Below are positions 1-9,681 of a stretch of 43,230 nucleotides of DNA, piece by piece. The position numbers were made by a program, and so were the translations under genes. This stretch comes from an uncultured Candidatus Poseidoniales archaeon (GTDB lineage Archaea > Thermoplasmatota > Poseidoniia > Poseidoniales > Poseidoniaceae): positions 1 to 43,230 of the forward strand of contig CAZGIY010000003.1 of NCBI GenBank assembly GCA_964526445.1. Reading direction: 5' to 3'. The notes under the pieces were generated by a model, which saw only the letters and a program-made list of their open reading frames with translations, did not search any database and was not told where the DNA came from. Every line of letters begins with the position of its first letter. Position 1 is the stretch's first letter.

Positions 1-742
1 CAACGACATTCTCGCGACGTGAAGATTGTGCCACAACCCTTCGATAGCGTCTCTGTGCCTCTGGCGTCAATGAATCCATCAACCATTTCTTGTCAGCCCT
101 ACCTCTACCTATCAACAATGGTGGAATCAAGAATACCCACCATATCGGTGCAAGTAATGCTGCTACCAAGAACATGGTTCCAAAAAATCTCCAGAAAGTT
201 GCCCAGAATAGCGCTAGCCATCTCTCTCCACGTTGCCCCCTAGAGCCCTGTCCCGAACTTATGACTGCCTCCATCTGCGGCATGAATACTACTAGGATCG
301 CAATGCTGGCTCCAACAGTCAACGTCAAACCATGAATTCGTAACAGCTCAAAACCAAGTCGTACTGCAACCATTGAACCCATTGCTAGCCCTAAAGCCCA
401 ACCACTAGTGGGGGCAGATTTGTTGAGGCGTACACTACGGCGAGTCAATAAGAACATCACGACCAAAGAAGTAAGGTTGGCAACGAATAATGACACCAAC
501 AGACCTGGCCATGTCCCAGTTCCACCACCTCCTTCTGCTGCAAGAACATAAGAAGGCAAGAATATCAATTCGTCAATCGCCAAAGCCAAGAATGACCCCA
601 GAATCAAACCGTATAGAATCATCCTAACTGCTGGTTGAATGTCATAAAAACCGTGCAATCTACGCATTCCACCTTGCCAACCAAGACCCATCCCCAAGAG
701 GCCGAAAAACAGCATCAGGTTGACCTGCGTTAGTTCGTTCAC
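1..742 (-). CDS. Multi-pass membrane protein of unknown function, truncated by the window edge
   Basis: Not in the ORF track. Read manually from GTG at 742: MNELTQVNLMLFFGLLGMGLGWQGG...LALAIDELIFLP...WALGLAMGSMVAVRLGF..., open to the window start with several hydrophobic segments. Confidence 0.75.
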   Translation of the reverse strand, partial: MNELTQVNLMLFFGLLGMGLGWQGGMRRLHGFYDIQPAVRMILYGLILGSFLALAIDELIFLPSYVLAAEGGGGTGTWPGLLVSLFVANLTSLVVMFLLTRRSVRLNKSAPTSGWALGLAMGSMVAVRLGFELLRIHGLTLTVGASIAILVVFMPQMEAVISSGQGSRGQRGERWLALFWATFWRFFGTMFLVAALLAPIWWVFLIPPLLIGRGRADKKWLMDSLTPEAQRRYRRVVAQSSRRENVV

Positions 743-822
743 ATTTACGCGTCAAGGCCATCATTCAAAGGTAATCCGCCTCTTCGCCACAATTAGGTTC
801 AATGTAAAACTCGATACTTATT

Positions 823-3800
823 CTAGTCCCAAAGGACTGAATATGGATCATCATCATCATCAGAATCTGATTCAACCGGCGGCTGTTCGATAGGTAGAGA
901 TTGAGGGGATTGGCTAGGTGGCAGAGGTGGTTTAGGCTCAACTTCCGGCAATGCAGGAGCAGGGGGAGCTTCCGGTAATGCAGGAGCAGGGAGGACTTCC
1001 GGTAATGCAGGGGCAGGGTGGGCTTCCGGTAATGCAGGAGCAGGTGGGGCTTCCGGTAATGCAGGAGCAGGCGGGGCTTCAGTAGATACTGGAGTTGACT
1101 GTTCAGGTTCTGAAGCGGTTTCATCAATTGTCTTGGTATCATCTTGAATCTGAATGTCGATTACAGGTGCTGCTGGACTAGTTTGGCTCTCCTTGGGCTT
1201 CCGAATTACTCTTTTTGCATCTTTGAATTTTTCACTCCACTTACCGAGAGCATGCAACCAGTCCTCCTCAGAAGCAACGCCAGAATCCGAACCACTAGTC
1301 ACTGAAGAAAATGGGTCTTTTGTTGCGAATGGGTCATCTTTGTCTGTAGAAACAACATTCACTTCCATATTTACGCCAACAGATTGCTCATTTATCACCT
1401 TCTTGACAAAGAATTTCTGCCATAACGTAGATGGATAAATCTGTTCTAGAGACGAATCAACTTCATTTCCTGTAAGATAATCATTGAAGTTATCTGGATA
1501 CTTGGTTCTGAGGTAATTTATCGCTAACATATCTGGGATATGAAGGACACCTCTCATTCTTTGATTCCTAACGGATTCATCCTCAGACCATATGTCCAGC
1601 ACAGATTGCCAACGATTGACATCATCCTCAGGCAGTGCATGGGCAGTCATGTCACCGCTCTGCCTAACTGACTCGATAGCCTGATCAATAAGAGCTGGAT
1701 TTCCATACACCTTCCTTACCACATCAGATGGGACATTGAGTGCATCAAGATATTTGGGTGTAGGTTCATTCAACCATTGACCATGGAAAGTGGTCATCCA
1801 CAAGACATTCCTGAGGAAGGAGTAAGGATGTACCAAGGTCTTTGAGGCGGTAGAGAGTTGTCTTGTGGAAAGATCCTGATACACCTTTTTCATATTTTCA
1901 GCAATCTCAATTGAACCAGTCTTCTGCATCAATATCGTCATGGAAGCCAAAGGTCCTGCCTTGATATGTTGAATGAAGGTCTTGCCAGCGGTTTCAATCG
2001 GTCTGATGTATAAACGGAAATAATCATTGATGGTTTGCTTAATCTTTGAGGTCTCGACACCTGAACTGGTATTGATGACTGTCAAAAATTCATCTGGTTT
2101 TGATCTAAAGGCATCGACAGAACCTGTTAATTCAAAGGATACACCTTCTCCACCACGCATCTGGTGATTGAGGAATTTATGCTGCCTGACTGCTTGGAAC
2201 AATGCTGTGGATAATTTAGAAATGAAATTTCCGATATCTTTTGCAGCTTTGTTAACCCTGTGATGGTCAGCCTCTAGTTCTGCTTCTGCAAGTAATTCAG
2301 CAAGAGGCTTTTCACCACCCAATTCATTGTTGATGCTGTCCAATATCGCACGTAGAGAGTTAAGGTCGCGCTCAAATTCATCAGATTGTAGGATATCCAA
2401 CATTCGCATCTGCACAAGACGGAGGACTATTTCATGCTCATTCAATTCCGTGCTAGAACCAATTTCTACCTCTGCAAACATTAAGATGCGTTGTAACAAG
2501 GTTTCTGCAAACTTCTTTGGAGAAAAATTCCTTCCGAAATCATATTCTTGGTGACTCTGAATATTAGAAATCCATTGTGAACGAGACATATCCCCAAGAT
2601 ATGAATCTCTTAATGCCTGTTCTTGATGATTTGAATCCTCATATTTCTCGCCAAGAAGGGATGTCCTCATCATCGTCAATGACAATGGTTCTCCCAGATA
2701 CATTGGCCGAATAAGAGACATTCGATCGAATATCAATCGCGATTGTCGGAAGTCGGGAGTTTCTGAAGGTTCCCTTATCGCGGAATTGTTCTCTGGGTTG
2801 GAGCTCGAAGAAATCAGGGTATCGAACAGCGACAATGTACAGAATTCTGGAGATTTCTCAGCCGCCTTTAACTTCAGTCTAGAAAGCCATTCCACCGCCT
2901 CAGTCTTCAAGTGTAGCAACTTAGGGCCGTTTGCCCCATCTTCCCACATTGAAAGAAGGGTTTTTGGAGAATAATTCCGCTCATCGGCCAACAATGCTGG
3001 CAACACAACGGCATTGCGTTTTCCATCAGGCAATTTTCTGTACCTTGCTGCGCCCGCTACATGATATGCAGTAGGTGTAGCAAGGAATTCAACAACTCTT
3101 TCCTTTGAAATCTTTTGTTCATTGAAGATCAATTCGTCAGGAGTAAGAATGTATGCTGCAGGTTCGAACAGATAGCCGCTTTGGACTGCAGAAAGGTGAG
3201 AAATATCGAGAAGTCCTAGTTTCATCAACAGTTTTGCCAATTCTTCTCGATGCCCTCCCATGACTTCCATTCCAAAAACATCTCCAATCAAATTTGAGAA
3301 TTCAGCACTGCGGGTCTCCGGCTTCAATATTGAATTCTGTCCAGTGTAGCCCAGGATTCTACCTTGAACTGCTATCCATTGACTGGCAAGATTGCTAAAA
3401 TTCTTCACTTGTTTGGGTTCAAACTCCGCACTTAGAAAGCCTTTGATTAATTCCACAGGAATCAATCTTATCCAATGTAACATATTCACGGCCTCATCGA
3501 CTCCAAAGGAAAAACTACTCTCTAATTCATCAACATCCAGTCCCTCGGAAACAAGCAGTGAAAAGAAATTTCTCACAGCGGCATCATCAGAGGAATATGA
3601 CTGCCAAACTGGGTCTGAATGTGTTTGCCGATAACAATCAATGACATCGCGGGGATTGATATTGAACATATGACTCATATTACCACCAAAATACAGCGTG
3701 AATAAGGCCTTCAATGAATCACCGCCGATAGGGACCTGTTCATTCGATTCAGCGGAATATAATGGCGACGATGTCTTGGTGAAAAATCTATCAAAAACGG

Positions 3801-6800
3801 AATAGGGTGAAATTCTATCATAATCTTTCAACTGAGGTGTTTTGAATTGAACGATAGAAGATAATTCTTGAGTTGCTATAGGGTTCAACATAACTGCGGC
3901 CATAGGTGGTTTACTACGGCGCCGCATATCGCTTACATCCATTATTTCGTGTGTCCCTCCAGCATCAGAATGTGAACCGTCCTCGGAACACACCATACCA
4001 TGAACTATATTCACAAAGACCTCCGCCATAGTAGAGTTGTAAATCTCATATGTCGGCTCATTTCCATCATAGAAATTAACTGCCATATCAAGATGAGCAT
4101 TGCTGATAATCACGTGTTTAATCAAAGTATCATCAAGTACACCTCTGTTCATCAATATGCGCTCGCTCATATTGTATATTCTAGAATGATAACTTTGCAT
4201 TTTGATAGCATATTGCGCAATGAGATCACTTAATTCTTCATATGTATCAATAGATGTCTCACTATCGCTCGAAGAAGCCAAATTAGCATTGAGGGCAGCA
4301 GATTTTATTCCCTCTTTAACTCCTGAATGCTGTTCATCTGCAAGAATATCCCTGAATTCATCGACATCATCTACTTGGCCCCTCTTCTTCAGCAATGCCG
4401 ACAACGTCCTTAGATTTCCATAACTCAATTTATATCTCAAACCGGTTCTAACATCACTTTCCTGTGAACTCAGTTCATCTCCTCCAACTGCTACGTCAGC
4501 CCAGATGTTGGCTGGATCCGATGCAACTCTCAACCACTTTGCCCACACGTCAAAGAACTCATCACTATTGATTCCTACCAATCCATCGTGATAAGACGTG
4601 GCTTCTAGTTCCGTTAAAGGTAGTGATTCAAAAACGCTGAGATTTGAGTTTTCATCCCCAGTCATGGCTTTGAACGAATTGCCTCCAACGTGATTGAATT
4701 CCTCAAGAGACCTCCTATAGGAAGTTTTGCTGCTTGTGATTCTGTCTTGTAAATCTCCAAAATTTGAGCCAAGCGGACGTGAAATCTGTTCCCATAGGGC
4801 ATATAATTCCTTGAGGTTAGTGCGGCCTTTGTTTGAAAATCCTCTCCAATTAGTCTGAGTTAGTTTCTCAGCCCTGTGGTGCAAAGCATTGTAGTGAGAC
4901 TGTAGGACTTCACTTGTGATGTAGGATACATTGTGAGGAGTATAAGCACCCGTTCCATTCTTTTCATCACCAGCGGAAAGTACCCAGATATCAGCGTCGG
5001 GATATGCCAATTTGCATTCACCGAGCAGCGGCAATATCATCCCACTACCACTTCCTCCAGCAAAACTGTGAATGACTGCAATCTGTGTGACGTTTCGACT
5101 TCTGTTTTTGTATAATTCCAAAGCTTCTCTGATGTAGTCTCTTGCTGTAAATGCATAAGCTCGACCCTTACCCATTCTACCGCCGGCTCCTTGACAATCA
5201 GGATCCAACAACAATAGATTCGGAGATGGTCTTCGAATTAGTTCATTGTTATACTGCTTGTACGCATTATCACCTGCTCGGCCCCAAATGAAACTATATG
5301 GTTGCCTTAGTAACTGTTCAAGTTCAGGGCCAAGATTCAAGGCCAATAAATTAGCTTTCTTACCGAAAAGATTCTCCAGTTTTTCACGATTACGAACAGT
5401 GGGATTAGAAAAATCCTTCTCTTGGTTTCGACAAGCATCAATAGTTTCAATATCAGAACTGCTCAATCCCAAACCGTCCAACATGTTCCGAGAGCGACTG
5501 TCCGAAGTCGTGTTGAGAAGATTGGCCATGGTCGCACGAAGTATCTGCTGCCCTCCTTGACCCAGTCCAATCAATAAAGCACCTACGCCCTCAGATTGAA
5601 CTGTATCTGCACCCGAATCGTCAACAATATTTCGGAAATGATCGAGTTCCTGCCACATTTCCTTCTGAAATCTGAGCAAGGCGTCTTTTACTTCAGATGG
5701 TTCTGCCTTCTCAATGAATCTTGATGATTCCTGAGCCCTGTTCCTTAAGTTCCTACGCGAGGATTGCAAATCCTCTAACAAAGTCCCACCACCGGACAAT
5801 CTATCTATCGTAGATTGATTTGACATATGTTTCATCTGCACCTTGTAAGAACGTTCACAAATTTCTGCAGACTCGATGACATTTCTGAGTATCTGCTCGA
5901 TATCTGAAACGCTCAATTGTCCCTTAACAGCATCAGTCAGTCTTGGAATACCAAGGAACTTCTCAAAGTTCAGGATCCTTTCATTCCACGTGGCATCCAA
6001 TTTGTGCTCATGAGCATAAATGTCCAACTTTCTATTCCAGACACTAGGTGGGCTCGTTAAGATCTCCAATAACCTACTGAAATGTTCTTCGGACATATTT
6101 TCAGATTCAAGTAGTGAAATCTTTTTGGCAATAATGTCCATGTCATCGATGACACTTTCCTTTGCACTAGCAGGAATGCCGTCAATGATATGCTCGTATT
6201 TACTAGATACTTTTCTGTACTCATCTAGATAACGCTGATTGACTTCTGCATGGAGTCTCTCCTCCAATGAAGGAATTTCAAGGAATACAGAAGTCCTAGT
6301 ATTGTCAAGCCCCGGTGGTGATTTCCGCAATCTGAGAAAGAAATGTGCCTTAGTTGTCATTGAAAGTGCAGTATTCAGCATATCGTATTGTGACCCGCCC
6401 TTCTGCATTCCATTTGGCTCAAAAATGAATTGAGAGAACATATCATAAAGTACATCATCAGTAGAAAAGATGAACAGATTACTGCCCATTTGATTGTTCT
6501 CATAAATGTCAAGCAATGATGCGAGGAACTTGTGCACCTCCTCCATATCCAAGCCATGTTTATCTTCAATATCCCATTCAGCCTCAACAGAATTCAGTGG
6601 ACTAGTGAATTGCAGAAAACCTGCAAATGCTCTAGAGATAGTAGTAAGTTGATTTTTTGCCTGTGCCTCTACTTTGCCTGCACTAGCGATAATTGGAGAT
6701 ACTAGATGTTTCAGACCTTCGTACTGATCATGGATGAATTCTCTAATGTTTTTCAGAACCAAAGTCAAATGAGTGGATTCCATAGCCAACAACAAGCCGA

Positions 6801-7284
6801 AATATGACCTTTGGATTCTTGCGGAATATTCCTTCCCCTCAACTTCAAAAATTTCTCCTTCTACCAATGCTTTACCGAATAGATGTGCTAGATTGAGAGA
6901 TTTCATGTATAATGCAAACTCAATATTTGAAAAACTCGAATCATTATCCACGTTGTTTCTGTATTGTTTGATACAGTGAGATTCAACTGGAAATCCGGCT
7001 AATTCAGCAGCATCCAAACTAAAATCATTACTTGAAGAAACAACCCAATAATCATCTTCACCGCTTACCTTGAGGCGACCTCCAGAAAATGGAAGTCGTT
7101 GACAGAATTTTTGTTGTGGATTGATGGTCGATGATCTCTTCTTCAACCTCTTGATTGGTTTACGCTCATCATTTGCCCAAGCATTCAATGAACTACTAAT
7201 TCGTCGGGATTCTTTTTTTGTGGTTGACAAGACGGCGAATTCCCTGCGTAAGGAAGGAGGTGCCCCCTCAGAATTTGCGGACAT
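823..7284 (-). CDS. Giant (2153 aa) tubulin/FtsZ-superfamily GTPase-domain protein with N-terminal helical/coiled-coil region, large insertions and a Pro-rich acidic tail
   Basis: Motifs in canonical order: LLIGLGQGGQQI (T1), GAGGRMGKG (T3), VIHSFAGGSGSGM (T4 signature), TPHN, VIISNAHL, EPTYEIYN, EIMDVSD (T7 loop). Confidence 0.85.
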   Translation of the reverse strand: MSANSEGAPPSLRREFAVLSTTKKESRRISSSLNAWANDERKPIKRLKKRSSTINPQQKFCQRLPFSGGRLKVSGEDDYWVVSSSNDFSLDAAELAGFPVESHCIKQYRNNVDNDSSFSNIEFALYMKSLNLAHLFGKALVEGEIFEVEGKEYSARIQRSYFGLLLAMESTHLTLVLKNIREFIHDQYEGLKHLVSPIIASAGKVEAQAKNQLTTISRAFAGFLQFTSPLNSVEAEWDIEDKHGLDMEEVHKFLASLLDIYENNQMGSNLFIFSTDDVLYDMFSQFIFEPNGMQKGGSQYDMLNTALSMTTKAHFFLRLRKSPPGLDNTRTSVFLEIPSLEERLHAEVNQRYLDEYRKVSSKYEHIIDGIPASAKESVIDDMDIIAKKISLLESENMSEEHFSRLLEILTSPPSVWNRKLDIYAHEHKLDATWNERILNFEKFLGIPRLTDAVKGQLSVSDIEQILRNVIESAEICERSYKVQMKHMSNQSTIDRLSGGGTLLEDLQSSRRNLRNRAQESSRFIEKAEPSEVKDALLRFQKEMWQELDHFRNIVDDSGADTVQSEGVGALLIGLGQGGQQILRATMANLLNTTSDSRSRNMLDGLGLSSSDIETIDACRNQEKDFSNPTVRNREKLENLFGKKANLLALNLGPELEQLLRQPYSFIWGRAGDNAYKQYNNELIRRPSPNLLLLDPDCQGAGGRMGKGRAYAFTARDYIREALELYKNRSRNVTQIAVIHSFAGGSGSGMILPLLGECKLAYPDADIWVLSAGDEKNGTGAYTPHNVSYITSEVLQSHYNALHHRAEKLTQTNWRGFSNKGRTNLKELYALWEQISRPLGSNFGDLQDRITSSKTSYRRSLEEFNHVGGNSFKAMTGDENSNLSVFESLPLTELEATSYHDGLVGINSDEFFDVWAKWLRVASDPANIWADVAVGGDELSSQESDVRTGLRYKLSYGNLRTLSALLKKRGQVDDVDEFRDILADEQHSGVKEGIKSAALNANLASSSDSETSIDTYEELSDLIAQYAIKMQSYHSRIYNMSERILMNRGVLDDTLIKHVIISNAHLDMAVNFYDGNEPTYEIYNSTMAEVFVNIVHGMVCSEDGSHSDAGGTHEIMDVSDMRRRSKPPMAAVMLNPIATQELSSIVQFKTPQLKDYDRISPYSVFDRFFTKTSSPLYSAESNEQVPIGGDSLKALFTLYFGGNMSHMFNINPRDVIDCYRQTHSDPVWQSYSSDDAAVRNFFSLLVSEGLDVDELESSFSFGVDEAVNMLHWIRLIPVELIKGFLSAEFEPKQVKNFSNLASQWIAVQGRILGYTGQNSILKPETRSAEFSNLIGDVFGMEVMGGHREELAKLLMKLGLLDISHLSAVQSGYLFEPAAYILTPDELIFNEQKISKERVVEFLATPTAYHVAGAARYRKLPDGKRNAVVLPALLADERNYSPKTLLSMWEDGANGPKLLHLKTEAVEWLSRLKLKAAEKSPEFCTLSLFDTLISSSSNPENNSAIREPSETPDFRQSRLIFDRMSLIRPMYLGEPLSLTMMRTSLLGEKYEDSNHQEQALRDSYLGDMSRSQWISNIQSHQEYDFGRNFSPKKFAETLLQRILMFAEVEIGSSTELNEHEIVLRLVQMRMLDILQSDEFERDLNSLRAILDSINNELGGEKPLAELLAEAELEADHHRVNKAAKDIGNFISKLSTALFQAVRQHKFLNHQMRGGEGVSFELTGSVDAFRSKPDEFLTVINTSSGVETSKIKQTINDYFRLYIRPIETAGKTFIQHIKAGPLASMTILMQKTGSIEIAENMKKVYQDLSTRQLSTASKTLVHPYSFLRNVLWMTTFHGQWLNEPTPKYLDALNVPSDVVRKVYGNPALIDQAIESVRQSGDMTAHALPEDDVNRWQSVLDIWSEDESVRNQRMRGVLHIPDMLAINYLRTKYPDNFNDYLTGNEVDSSLEQIYPSTLWQKFFVKKVINEQSVGVNMEVNVVSTDKDDPFATKDPFSSVTSGSDSGVASEEDWLHALGKWSEKFKDAKRVIRKPKESQTSPAAPVIDIQIQDDTKTIDETASEPEQSTPVSTEAPPAPALPEAPPAPALPEAHPAPALPEVLPAPALPEAPPAPALPEVEPKPPLPPSQSPQSLPIEQPPVESDSDDDDDPYSVLWD
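946..1080 (-). repeat. 5 x 27-bp coding tandem repeat, consensus EAPPAPALP
   Basis: The unit ggggcttccggtaatgcaggagcagg recurs with a few substitutions and translates to EAPPAPALP, EAPPAPALP, EAHPAPALP, EVLPAPALP, EAPPAPALP. Confidence 0.95.
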
Positions 7285-7304
7285 AATTAACCCTTGAAGA
7301 AGGA

Positions 7305-7322
7305 TGTATTAATTGTTTATCA
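7305..7322 (-). promoter_or_regulatory. Putative BRE/TATA element for the tubulin-like gene
   Basis: Minus strand reads GATAAACAATTAATAC, with the AT box about 23-30 nt upstream of the ATG at 7284. This fits a leaderless archaeal promoter. Confidence 0.4.
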
Positions 7323-7326
7323 ATAA

Positions 7327-9681
7327 TCACCCACCGATTCCCCCCACGAATACGAATTGGGGTGAAAATTCTGATGCAGCCAAAGCGGGGTGCCAAGCAA
7401 CAACTGACTCACTCAATACATCCTCTCGAACACCTTCAAATGAATGGCACACGGGGCAGTCCTGAAAATCAATCCATTTTTCTCCATAGTCACTCAAAAG
7501 GCATGTGAATTTAATTGTTCCATGTTCAGCTGAATCGAAGGGAGGGAAGTGATTGCTGTTGAGTTCATTCATTGTTGAGAAACACGATACGCGCTTATTA
7601 CCACTTGAATGAATGAATCGCAGGATTCTCGGAGACAATATTTGGCTAACTGGATGATTATCCGATAGCAACTCCATGACTCCTTCAGAGCACCATATAG
7701 CGCCAAGACATGAGTCGACATCAGCAATGAGGTCCTCAGACAGAAATGTTTCTTCGCCACTAGAATGCGTCCAGTTCAAAGCGCTCAGAACTGGAAGGAT
7801 AAACTTGTTACCCAAGCCACCATTGGCTACGACCTTGAATGGGTCCTCGGATCGACCCTCATTTCCTATTTCCTTCGATTTCTCCAGCCCTCTGTATAGA
7901 TTCCTGGCAAGCACCAAACGGCCTGATGAAACTGGAATTTCGATTGTCTCCCGTTGAATATCTAATATGTTCAATTCGCCCATTTGCCAAACTATCGGCT
8001 CCAATCTAGATTCTGAATCCAATTGCCTAATAGCTTCATTTGGTAACATTTTTCGTATCAATGGATCAGATAATTCTTGCCTCAACTTACTATTGATGGA
8101 AAATGTTCCTTGATAATCAAGAAATTTGCGCAAATCATTCCAGATTCTATGGTATTCGGGGCCATAGGCTGCTGAAACTCGGTCACGAATTTTTTGATGT
8201 ATTGCATTCAGAGATGGCCATTCCGAATAGGGAATGGTAAGGAAAAATGGATGAGTTCTTCTATAGTGGAGTAGTATTTCTTCCTCACTTGCGTCATGTT
8301 CTGCAAATATACCGCATTCACTACATTCTTTAGTATCATTAGATTGATTGTGGCGCAAATGGTGCTCTCCAAAATCATCAATGTGTACCAAATGGGAGCC
8401 GATTCTGCTCAGAAGTTTAGAATTCAAGGATGAGGCAGAAACTCTTCTTCCAGACGTAGGGATGGAAACAATACAATTGCGAACATTGTCGAATACTGGG
8501 ATGGTGAATGGAGGAACTCTTTCAAAGTCACAATCGATCATTAACCATGGAATTGAAATGCCATGAACTCTCTTACTTCGAATCAATTTGAAACCATTTG
8601 CCAATAAGTTGACTGAATCCATGTTTTCCGGAATTAACAAGATAACTTCAAGGCGCGACTGAACTAAAGGTTGATTCAACATATCTTCTTTCAGACTTAT
8701 CTTCAAACTTCCTTGATTCTGTCCATTATTGCCAGATTGCAAATCACTTAACTGGTCGATGTCACCATCAAAAAATCGATTCATCTCAACCATTTCATTC
8801 AAATTGATGGCCAAGGAATAAAGGAATCGAATCGATTCATCCCATGCATCGGTCAATTCCAGTTCCCCGTGAAATGCGATTTCGGTTCCAACATCATACA
8901 AGCCCGATGAGTGGAAAGTCGAAGTGAATTCAATAAAGTCCTTGAGGTTATTCAAAAACCCCTTGGTTTCAAGTGAATCCTTGAATCCATCGATTGATGA
9001 AACATCAATCTGGAAATTTTCAATCCACTTCAGAAACTCACCTCCAGTGATTACCTGCTCATTGAAATTTGCTACATTGCTGAATCCTCCTCCGTCAATA
9101 ACGTCATGCAATCGTTCAATCATCTGCATTTCAAACAGTGTCAGAGTTCGGAGTAATGCGGGGCAATAGAACAATGACCCCCATGGTGTGCTTGTTTCAT
9201 TAATTGGTTGAATGATTCTCGCGCCTAATGGTTCACAATAGATATCGCGTGAGCCAGCCGATGCCCAACCTATCTGAAAAGGGTCCTTGGATTTAAAAAT
9301 CTGATCCTTGTATTGCTCGCTCTCTATGAATCTCTTTACAAACTCATTTTCCGGATGTTCTGAAATGCGAAAATGTATGGCTTTGGCCTTGGCATATACG
9401 GAATTGCTCTTACAACTAAGGCATCTAGGGCACCAACGGCATACCATCTCATCGACGAAAACATCTGAATCATTCTCCAAGAGGCAAGTAACCTTCTTAT
9501 CGACAACCAAATCATTGGTCATTTTTATGAAATCCAAATCTGTGGACTGAGAAGGCTCAATCCCAAGAATAGATGATATTTCTCTTACATAATTTCCTAA
9601 TGGCGCTCTTTGCCCTTTCCTCCGAAGTTGTCGTCTCCCTTCTCCGCTGATATCGACACTGGCAATAATCAAATCACTCAC
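7327..9681 (-). CDS. Hypothetical soluble protein (784 aa) with several putative zinc-binding motifs
   Basis: CRWCPRCLSC near the N-terminus, C2H2-like CSEC-x14-HYRRTH in the middle, CPVCH near the C-terminus. The start overlaps the upstream stop. Confidence 0.8.
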   Translation of the reverse strand: MSDLIIASVDISGEGRRQLRRKGQRAPLGNYVREISSILGIEPSQSTDLDFIKMTNDLVVDKKVTCLLENDSDVFVDEMVCRWCPRCLSCKSNSVYAKAKAIHFRISEHPENEFVKRFIESEQYKDQIFKSKDPFQIGWASAGSRDIYCEPLGARIIQPINETSTPWGSLFYCPALLRTLTLFEMQMIERLHDVIDGGGFSNVANFNEQVITGGEFLKWIENFQIDVSSIDGFKDSLETKGFLNNLKDFIEFTSTFHSSGLYDVGTEIAFHGELELTDAWDESIRFLYSLAINLNEMVEMNRFFDGDIDQLSDLQSGNNGQNQGSLKISLKEDMLNQPLVQSRLEVILLIPENMDSVNLLANGFKLIRSKRVHGISIPWLMIDCDFERVPPFTIPVFDNVRNCIVSIPTSGRRVSASSLNSKLLSRIGSHLVHIDDFGEHHLRHNQSNDTKECSECGIFAEHDASEEEILLHYRRTHPFFLTIPYSEWPSLNAIHQKIRDRVSAAYGPEYHRIWNDLRKFLDYQGTFSINSKLRQELSDPLIRKMLPNEAIRQLDSESRLEPIVWQMGELNILDIQRETIEIPVSSGRLVLARNLYRGLEKSKEIGNEGRSEDPFKVVANGGLGNKFILPVLSALNWTHSSGEETFLSEDLIADVDSCLGAIWCSEGVMELLSDNHPVSQILSPRILRFIHSSGNKRVSCFSTMNELNSNHFPPFDSAEHGTIKFTCLLSDYGEKWIDFQDCPVCHSFEGVREDVLSESVVAWHPALAASEFSPQFVFVGGIGG

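Noticed and set aside
946-1080. 27-bp repeats as a possible CRISPR array
   Set aside because: No spacers, in-frame coding tandem repeat, no cas genes.
765-1142. 125-aa ORF with LLLHYRK repeats
   Set aside because: Alternative frame of the 27-bp Pro-rich repeat inside the 2153-aa gene.
4125-4900. Insertion in the tubulin domain as an intein
   Set aside because: No intein splice-junction or LAGLIDADG motifs seen.
823-7284. Canonical cell-division FtsZ
   Set aside because: About five times too long, has GQ rather than GGGG in T1, an AGGSGSG signature and an accessory gene context.
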